A DNA stretch of 14,943 nt from contig JBGQHJ010000121.1 in assembly GCA_041497895.1 (NCBI GenBank), forward strand, positions 1 to 14,943. The letters run 5' to 3'. The stretch is from Candidatus Methylomirabilia bacterium (GTDB taxonomy: Bacteria > Methylomirabilota > Methylomirabilia > Rokubacteriales > CSP1-6). Within the stretch, counting starts at the first letter, position 1; the number at the start of each line of letters is the position of its first letter. Shown here piece by piece: positions 1-5,276 of the stretch. The translations under genes and the position numbers were made by a program. The notes beneath the pieces were generated by a model. The model saw nothing but the letters and a program-made list of their open reading frames with translations. It had not been told where the DNA came from and ran no database searches.

Positions 1-497
1 CGCGGCACGGTGCCGATGCTGTTGACCACCCACTCCCAGCCCGAGACGCCGGGCACGTTGGCGCGGCCGGTGGTCTCGATGGTCTTCACCGACCCGCCGC
101 CGCCCGAGCCCTCGACCAGGCGGATCAGGGGCAGGCGCAGCTCGTTCGCCATCTGCTCGCACTGGTTGTGCTTGCCCTTGATGGTGGCGTCGGCCGAGCC
201 GCCGCGCACCGTGAAGTCGTCGCCGCCCACCACCACCGGGCGACCGTCGAGCCGGGCCCGCCCGAACACGAAGTTCGACGGCGTCAGCTCCTTGAGGTCG
301 TTCTTGCCGTCGTAGGAGGCCTTGCCCGCGATCTTGCCGATCTCGTGGAAGCTGCCCCCGTCCACCAGGCGGTCGATGCGCTCGCGGATGGTGTAGCGAC
401 CACCGTCGTGCTGCCGCTTGACCCGCTCGGCGCCGCCCAGCTGCTCCGCGAACTCCTCGCGGCGCCTCAGCTCGTCCATCTCCGACTTCCAGTTCAT
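1..497 (-). CDS. Acyl-CoA carboxylase carboxyltransferase (beta) subunit, 5' part; runs off the left edge
   Basis: Not in the ORF track because there is no stop in the window. Manual translation from ATG 497 gives MNWKSEMDELRRREEFAEQLGGAERVKRQHDGGRYTIRERIDRLVDGGSFHEIG...GRARLDGRPVVVGGDDFTVRGGS...LRLPLIRLVEGSGGGG. The GG-x-R-QH-xx-G-x-T-RERI and DFTVRGGS motifs are typical of the Carboxyl_trans family. GGAGG RBS at 511-507. Confidence 0.92.
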   Translation of the reverse strand, partial: MNWKSEMDELRRREEFAEQLGGAERVKRQHDGGRYTIRERIDRLVDGGSFHEIGKIAGKASYDGKNDLKELTPSNFVFGRARLDGRPVVVGGDDFTVRGGSADATIKGKHNQCEQMANELRLPLIRLVEGSGGGGSVKTIETTGRANVPGVSGWEWVVNSIGTVP

Positions 498-518
498 GGG
501 GGGAGACCTCCGCGGGGG

Positions 519-527
519 ATGGTAGCA
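519..527 (-). promoter_or_regulatory. Putative extended -10 (TGcTACCAT) for the carboxyltransferase gene
   Basis: Minus strand reads TGCTACCAT just upstream of the GGAGG RBS; motif match only. Confidence 0.45.
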
Positions 528-586
528 GGGAGCGCCCCACCCTGCCTAGGCTCGAACGGGGGCCCGGGGCCTCGGGCGACGGCCGC

Positions 587-1012
587 TCAGGAAGCGGTGC
601 CGATGACGAGCGAGATGCGGTTGCGGTCGCCGTCCCGGCGGTACTCGAGCTGCTCGGCCATCGCGGAGACGAGCAGCACGCCGAGCCCGCCCACCGGGCG
701 ATCCTCGACAGGCGCGTCCGCGTCCGGAGCGGTCACCTGGGCGAACGGATCGTGCGCGGGGCCGGTGTCCTCGTAGACGAGCGCGATCCGGCCGGGAGCC
801 ACCTCGCACTCGAGCCGCACCGGCGCGTCGCTGTCCGCCCCGTGGCCGTGCATCACGGTGTTGGTGAAGAGCTCCTCGACCAGGAGCGTGAGCCGCAGGC
901 AGGGCTCGCGCCCGAGCCCGGCCTCCGCGCACACCTCGCCGAGGAAGGCATCGACCCGCGGGAGCGCATCGCGGCGGGCGGGGAAGGTCCGGCTGTGGCG
1001 GGCGACCGTCAT
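587..1012 (-). CDS. RsbW/SpoIIAB-like anti-sigma factor Ser/Thr kinase (HATPase_c_2), 141 aa
   Basis: GHKL boxes: N-box EELFTNTVMHG, G1 EDTGPAHDP, G2 RPVGGLGVLLV, C-terminal YRRDGDRNRI. ATG 1012 is preferred over 1042 because a TACAAT box sits 6 nt upstream. Confidence 0.9.
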   Translation of the reverse strand: MTVARHSRTFPARRDALPRVDAFLGEVCAEAGLGREPCLRLTLLVEELFTNTVMHGHGADSDAPVRLECEVAPGRIALVYEDTGPAHDPFAQVTAPDADAPVEDRPVGGLGVLLVSAMAEQLEYRRDGDRNRISLVIGTAS

Positions 1013-1072
1013 CGGCCTATTGTACGGCCAGCGGTGGTACACCGTGCGCGCGTGAGGCTATGCTATCTCGCC
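1013..1072. promoter_or_regulatory. Divergent, probably leaderless promoter pair between the kinase and cyclase genes
   Basis: Minus TACAAT (1024-1019) is 6 nt before ATG 1012. Plus TATGCT (1059-1064) is 8 nt before ATG 1073. Neither start has a Shine-Dalgarno sequence. Confidence 0.55.
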
Positions 1073-2101
1073 ATGGCAAGCGCCCGCGCGCGGATCCGTC
1101 GTCGCCAGCTCGCGGCCGTCATGCTCGTGGCCGTCGTCATCACTCCCGTCTTCAACCTCCTGACCAGCGGGGTCTCCCTGGGCGAGGCCGTGCAGGGCGT
1201 GGTCGACGCGGTCCTGATCTCGCTCCTGGTGGGCGGCTACATGCTGTTCGTCCGCGAGGGGCGCGCGCGGCCCTGGCTCCGGCGGCTCACCTTCCGGGCG
1301 GACCTGGCGGTGAGCAGCGCGATCGTGCTCGTCCTGTTCTTCGTGGGGCGCGCGGTGGGCCAGGTGGTCACGAGTCGCGATCCGGCGCGCTTCCTCCTGA
1401 GCTTCCGGGAGGCCCACCTGGTCTACGCGGTGCCCTTCTTCGCGCTGGTCGCGGTCGCCGTCCAGTTCATCCTCCAGATGAATCGCATGATCGGCGCGAA
1501 CGTCCTGGGCTACTTCGTCGCCGGCGTCTACCACCGGCCCAAGGCGGAGGAGCGCATCTTCCTGTTCATGGACCTCGCGGGCTCCACCCAGCTCGCCGAG
1601 CGCCTCGGCAGCGCCCGCTACTTCGATCTGCTCCGCCGCATCGTGGACGAGCTGAGCGAGCCGGTGCTCGAGACCGACGGCGAGATCTACCAGTACGCGG
1701 GCGACGAGGTCGTCATCACCTGGCCGATGCAAACGGGCCTCCGCGGGGCCAACTGCGTGCGCTGCTTCTTCCTGATCCGCGAGGCCGTCACGCGCGACCG
1801 AGACCGGTACCGGCGTGACTTCGGGGCGCTGCCCGCCTTCCGCGGCGGCCTCCACGGCGGCACGGTCACCGGCGGCGAGCTCGGTGACCTCCGACGGCAG
1901 ATCGTCTTCGTCGGAGACATCCTCAACACCGCCGCACGTCTCGAGGAGTACGCCAAGCGGACCGACTTCGATCTGGTCGCCTCGGGGGCGGTGCTGGAGC
2001 GCCTCGCGCTGCCGGCCGGGGTCGCGGCCACGCCGTGCGGCGAGCTCGCACTCCGGGGGAAGGAAGCGAGCGTGACCGCCTACGGCCTCACCGGAGCCTG
2101 A
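1073..2101 (+). CDS. Membrane-bound class III adenylate/guanylate cyclase domain protein, 342 aa
   Basis: About four hydrophobic N-terminal segments, then ERIFLFMDLAGSTQLAE (D167), YQYAGDEVV (D211), GGLHGGTVTGGELG and GDILNTAARLE (N285, R289). The ORF-track start at 752 overlaps the opposite-strand kinase gene, so ATG 1073 was chosen. Confidence 0.92.
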   Translation: MASARARIRRRQLAAVMLVAVVITPVFNLLTSGVSLGEAVQGVVDAVLISLLVGGYMLFVREGRARPWLRRLTFRADLAVSSAIVLVLFFVGRAVGQVVTSRDPARFLLSFREAHLVYAVPFFALVAVAVQFILQMNRMIGANVLGYFVAGVYHRPKAEERIFLFMDLAGSTQLAERLGSARYFDLLRRIVDELSEPVLETDGEIYQYAGDEVVITWPMQTGLRGANCVRCFFLIREAVTRDRDRYRRDFGALPAFRGGLHGGTVTGGELGDLRRQIVFVGDILNTAARLEEYAKRTDFDLVASGAVLERLALPAGVAATPCGELALRGKEASVTAYGLTGA

Positions 2102-2130
2102 CGCGCCCCAGCGCGGAATGAAGCGGGAGG

Positions 2131-2856
2131 TCACCGGATACCGTAGAAGTCATAGAACTCGTCCACCGGAGCGCCGGCGGTGAGCACGGGCAATGGAAAG
2201 CACCGGCTCAGCCCGTCCAGACTCGGCTGGCGCTCGAGACGCTCCAGGAACTGGCGGGCCGGGCTCCCCTTGACCTGCCCGTGTCGGTCCAGGAACTGCC
2301 CCCACAGGGGCATGTTGCGAAATCGGGGCGCCTCGGCTACCCGAGCGCTCGCGGTGTAGGACGATGGGAACAGGCGACGATAGGCCTCGAGGTTGTACAA
2401 CCACGACATTCCCAGCACCCGAAGCGGCGCGCGCTGGGTCCGCTTGACGTACTCGAAGAGGGCGGACAGGTCCGCCAATCGCTGCTCCACCCGATCTCTG
2501 CCCAGCGGGGAGTGCTCGTCCGTCTCGACGTTCAGGAAGTGCAGGCGGATCCGATCATCGCCCACCCGCGCGTACGAGAAGCAGCCACAGGTGGCCACGA
2601 CGCTCGGCGGAGCCACCGCCGCCGGCCGCGTCAAATAGAAGCGATACGTCCACTCGCCGGCATCGTCCGCGGTCTGCAAGCCAGCGACATACTCCCGCCA
2701 CGTGGGCTGCGTGGGATCGAAGTCCCGGCCCAGGCCGAACCGGATGTAGAGATTCGTGTACTCCAGCAACGTCTGCGCCACGGGCATTCCGGACAGGGCC
2801 GAGACCTTCTGGGCGAACCGGAGCTGCAGGTCGAAGAACGGCTTGGCGTAGATCAC
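2131..2856 (-). CDS. Hypothetical protein, 241 aa; possibly GNAT_C/acyltransferase-like fold
   Basis: Protein-like composition rich in aromatic residues. GTG start with TAGAGT 7 nt upstream. The IRLHF...SPL...LGMSWLYN pattern loosely resembles GNAT_C-type acyltransferases (inference). Confidence 0.8.
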   Translation of the reverse strand: MIYAKPFFDLQLRFAQKVSALSGMPVAQTLLEYTNLYIRFGLGRDFDPTQPTWREYVAGLQTADDAGEWTYRFYLTRPAAVAPPSVVATCGCFSYARVGDDRIRLHFLNVETDEHSPLGRDRVEQRLADLSALFEYVKRTQRAPLRVLGMSWLYNLEAYRRLFPSSYTASARVAEAPRFRNMPLWGQFLDRHGQVKGSPARQFLERLERQPSLDGLSRCFPLPVLTAGAPVDEFYDFYGIR

Positions 2857-2866
2857 CCGCCGGACT

Positions 2867-3379
2867 CTATTCCTTCTCCGGCGGGTCGCCGATTCGATCG
2901 TAGACCGCGCAGTTGGCTCTCTGTCTGGCCAGCAGGTGGGACCGGACGGGCGGCGCGCACATCAGCGCGAGCGCGCGACGGCCGCTACATTTCACGTGCC
3001 CGACGACCTGGTTGTCGTATCGGGACAGCTCCGGGCCGATGAAGGAGGGGTCCTCGAGCCCGACGACAACCTCCGAGATCTGTACCCGACCCCGCTCCGC
3101 GCGGAGCGGGGTCGGGAACCGCACGTACAGGTGGGAGCCGGCGCGGACGTCCTGCCACTCTTTTCCCAGTGCTCGCGCCGCGAAGAGATCCGGGGCTGTC
3201 ACCGAGGTTATCGCGCACCCGACGATGAGGGCCTCGACTCGCCGGGCGATCTGAGACCGCTCCGCCTCCGACAGAACGACCGCCGCGCCATCCCTGGTCA
3301 GCGTGACACCGGTCCTGGGATCGGTGCCTTCTGCCCCGACCAGCAGCACTGCCAGGCAGGCCAGCTGAAGATTCTTCAT
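2867..3379 (-). CDS. Hypothetical exported protein, 170 aa
   Basis: The N-terminus MKNLQLACLAVLLVGA looks like a signal peptide, and four further Cys follow. The ORF packs tightly between co-oriented neighbours (gaps of 14 and 10 nt). Confidence 0.65.
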   Translation of the reverse strand: MKNLQLACLAVLLVGAEGTDPRTGVTLTRDGAAVVLSEAERSQIARRVEALIVGCAITSVTAPDLFAARALGKEWQDVRAGSHLYVRFPTPLRAERGRVQISEVVVGLEDPSFIGPELSRYDNQVVGHVKCSGRRALALMCAPPVRSHLLARQRANCAVYDRIGDPPEKE

Positions 3380-3393
3380 CCTGATTTGCGACT

Positions 3394-3696
3394 TCAGGAG
3401 GACCAGGTCGGCCAGGTCGGTATTGGAGGGAACGCTTCAAGCGCCGCTCGAAAGACGCCCCAGAGCCAGAAGTCTTTCCCCATACCGGGCCCAATCAGTC
3501 CCCCCGTGTGACCGATTTGCCTCATCGCCAGCTTGGACGTCTCGACCGTATTCTGTAGCGGCTCAAACGTCCCGTCGGCTTGCCGGCGGCTGAAGATCGG
3601 CGACCTGGACCGGTCCGCCGGCCCGAACCCGAACAGGTATTCGTGTCCGTCGTCTCCCTCGATCAGGATTCCCTTGATCTTGCCCCGTCCCTTCAT
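3394..3696 (-). CDS. Hypothetical protein, 100 aa
   Basis: ATG 3696 has GGAGG (3706-3702) 5 nt upstream, a better start than the TTG at 3720. Sequence MKGRGKIKGILIEGDDGHEYLFGFG...FPPIPTWPTWSS. Confidence 0.65.
   Translation of the reverse strand: MKGRGKIKGILIEGDDGHEYLFGFGPADRSRSPIFSRRQADGTFEPLQNTVETSKLAMRQIGHTGGLIGPGMGKDFWLWGVFRAALEAFPPIPTWPTWSS
3403..3420. repeat. 9-bp tandem duplication (CCAGGTCGG x2) encoding PTW-PTW
   Basis: Seen directly at 3403-3411 and 3412-3420. Confidence 0.75.
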
Positions 3697-3734
3697 CGCC
3701 GCCTCCAGGTATTCGAGCAATCATTCCGACGCCA

Positions 3735-3905
3735 TCATCCGAGTCTGAGCTCCATGAACACCGCGTCTGGGTCCGGGTTGTGCCGATAGGCGGGAATCCG
3801 GGTGAACCCCGCCCCCTCAGAGATACGAATGGCACGATCAAGTCTGGGGACCGTGTCGAGGCGGATTGCCCCGTAGCCCAACCGCTCGACCTGCATGACC
3901 CCCAT
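3735..3905 (-). pseudogene. 5'-truncated GNAT N-acetyltransferase remnant (56-aa open frame)
   Basis: Manual translation gives MGVMQVERLGYGAIRLDTVPRLDRAIRISEGAGFTRIPAYRHNPDPDAVFMELRLG*. This matches the typical GNAT C-terminus (LGY-xx-RLDT...A..LY...GF..IP.Y..NP.....FMEL.L). No acetyl-CoA-binding motif A is visible upstream in frame. Confidence 0.75.
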
Positions 3906-3940
3906 TTCTGCTCCAAAACGCGGAGGTGGTGCAGGTCAAG
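3885..3940. repeat. Imperfect inverted repeat (11-bp arms, 1 mismatch)
   Basis: CTCGACCTGCA (3885-3895) versus TGCAGGTCAAG (3930-3940, reverse complement CTTGACCTGCA). Confidence 0.6.
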
Positions 3941-4138
3941 TGTGGATAGTCCGACCCGGGAGGTCGGGGAGACGTGGCTGGAGCTTTCTGGGGATGCGTG
4001 GTTGCGCATGGCCCGTCGTGCGGTCCCAGTCTTACACAGACCTGGATGCTTCCGCATGGGATGTCCGCCGGTCTCCGTTGGGCGGGAATCCAGTCAGACA
4101 TCCACCTGGAGTTCTCGGCCGACGGCTTGCCCTTTCAG

Positions 4139-4167
4139 CTATCATAGGCCCCGCTCGGCCGGCCGAG
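4139..4167. promoter_or_regulatory. Overlapping bidirectional -10 boxes followed by a 14-bp palindrome upstream of the FecR-domain gene
   Basis: CTATCATAG gives TATCAT on plus (4140-4145) and TATGAT on minus (4146-4141). Perfect palindrome CTCGGCCGGCCGAG at 4154-4167. No clear -35. Confidence 0.4.
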
Positions 4168-4203
4168 GCGCCGGCTATCGCGTGGAATCGGAGGACCAAG
4201 CGT

Positions 4204-4662
4204 ATGTCTCGTCCCCTCGTCGTGCTGGCCACTGCAGCTGTCATGATCGCGGTGATGTCCAGTTCGGTCTCGGCCCAGGAGGCCGGCCACATCAAGGTGT
4301 CCCGCGGCGCGGTGCAGATCGAGCGCGCGGGTCAGAAGACGCCCGCGGCGGTCGGGGCGGTCGTGCAGGCGGGCGACGTGGTGACCACCGGGGCGGACGG
4401 GTCGGTAGGCATCACCTTCCTCGACAACAGCCTGCTCTCCGCGGGGCCCAACAGCGTGCTGGCGATCGACCGGTTCGCCTTCGACTCCACCACGCACCAG
4501 GGCGGCTTCGAGAGCTCGCTCCGAAAGGGCACGCTCGCGGTCGTCTCCGGCAAGCTCGCCAAGCAGTCGCCCGACGCGATGAAGGTGAAGACCCCCGCCG
4601 CGGTGCTGGGCGTGCGAGGGACCGAGTTCCTCGTCCGCACCGGCGATCCGAAGGAGGACTGA
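4204..4662 (+). CDS. Exported FecR-domain protein (single FecR beta domain, no anti-sigma domain), 152 aa
   Basis: GGAGGA RBS at 4190-4195. Signal peptide ending VSA-QE. FecR motifs GDVVTTGADG, ITFLDNSLLSAGPNS, LRKGTL and VKTPAAVLGVRGTEF. Confidence 0.9.
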   Translation: MSRPLVVLATAAVMIAVMSSSVSAQEAGHIKVSRGAVQIERAGQKTPAAVGAVVQAGDVVTTGADGSVGITFLDNSLLSAGPNSVLAIDRFAFDSTTHQGGFESSLRKGTLAVVSGKLAKQSPDAMKVKTPAAVLGVRGTEFLVRTGDPKED

Positions 4663-4676
4663 CGCGCCCGCGCGCG

Positions 4677-5276
4677 ATGTCTCGTCTCGCCGGGCTCGCG
4701 GCCCTCGGGGTGCTCCTCCTGGTTGGCTGCGCGAAGCCCGCGCGCAACGACCTCTACGTGCTGATGCCGGGGCAGGACGGCAAGACCGGCGCGCTCAGCG
4801 TGGAGAGCAACGGCCAGCAGGCGGTGCTCGACCAGCCCTACGCGGCGGCGCGCGTGAAGGAGCCGGGGAGGGTGGAGGCGGGCGCGGTGACCGAGCAAGA
4901 GGCGCGGCAGGCGTTCGGCCCCGCGCTGGAGGCGCAGCCGGGCCGGCCGACGTCCTTTCTCCTGTACTTCCTCGAGAACCGCGACGAGCTCACTCCCGAC
5001 TCCAGGCAGATGCTCGCGCGCGTGGTCGACGAGATCGCGCGCCGCCCGGCTCCCGAGATCGTGGTCATCGGCCACACCGACCGGGTGGGGCCGGTGCCCT
5101 ACAACGACACGCTCTCGCTGCGTCGCGCCGAGCGCGTGCGCGACGAGCTCGTGAAGGTCGGCATCGCGGCCGAGCGGATCCGCGTGGAGGGGCGCGGGGA
5201 GCGCGAGCCGCTGGTGCCCACCCCCGACGAGGTGGCGGAGCCGCGGAACCGGCGGGTGGAGATCAGCGTCCGGTAG
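4677..5276 (+). CDS. OmpA-family (OmpA_C peptidoglycan-binding) lipoprotein, 199 aa
   Basis: Lipobox LLVG-C18. OmpA_C motifs VIGHTDRVG, YNDTLSLRRAERV, GRGEREP and NRRVEI. The ORF-track extension to 3780 runs through the FecR gene in another frame and is spurious. Confidence 0.92.
   Translation: MSRLAGLAALGVLLLVGCAKPARNDLYVLMPGQDGKTGALSVESNGQQAVLDQPYAAARVKEPGRVEAGAVTEQEARQAFGPALEAQPGRPTSFLLYFLENRDELTPDSRQMLARVVDEIARRPAPEIVVIGHTDRVGPVPYNDTLSLRRAERVRDELVKVGIAAERIRVEGRGEREPLVPTPDEVAEPRNRRVEISVR

Noticed and set aside
10..776. Plus-strand ORFs 10..315 and 168..776
   Set aside because: They are antisense shadows of the carboxyltransferase and kinase genes, as expected in high-GC DNA.
752..1072. 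Long N-terminal extension of the cyclase ORF
   Set aside because: It overlaps the well-supported minus-strand kinase gene and has no recognisable domain.
1073..2101. Calling the cyclase a Pycsar or CBASS defence enzyme
   Set aside because: There is no adjacent cNMP-binding TIR or TM effector, and the multi-TM architecture and context fit ordinary signalling.
2131..3940. Integron cassette array interpretation of the co-oriented hypothetical genes
   Set aside because: The gaps of 10-38 nt are too short for attC sites, and no RYYYAAC/GTTRRRY pairs or integrase were seen.
3789..4093. 11-bp direct repeat GGCGGGAATCC (3789-3799, 4081-4091), resembling half of a dRS3/REP-like palindrome
   Set aside because: The partner ATTCCCGC arm is absent and one copy lies within GNAT coding sequence. 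Two copies are not enough to call an array or a target-site duplication.
3563..4101. Minus-strand ORFs 3563..4057 and 3838..4101
   Set aside because: They are Ser/Pro/Arg-rich with no motifs, and they overlap the better-supported GNAT remnant and 100-aa gene in other frames.
3940..4140. Possible riboswitch, tRNA or CRISPR array in the long non-coding stretch
   Set aside because: No recognisable consensus, cloverleaf or regular repeat-spacer pattern was seen. An Rfam search would be needed to exclude it fully.
2098..4669. 11-bp direct repeat CTGACGCGCCC after the cyclase and FecR stops (2098-2108, 4659-4669)
   Set aside because: It is a stop codon plus GC-rich context and does not bracket the lower-GC block, so it is probably chance.
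3780..4676. Extensions making the OmpA ORF 498 aa and the FecR ORF 255 aa
   Set aside because: The true starts are fixed by the RBS and signal peptide (4204) and the lipobox (4677). The extensions have non-protein-like composition.
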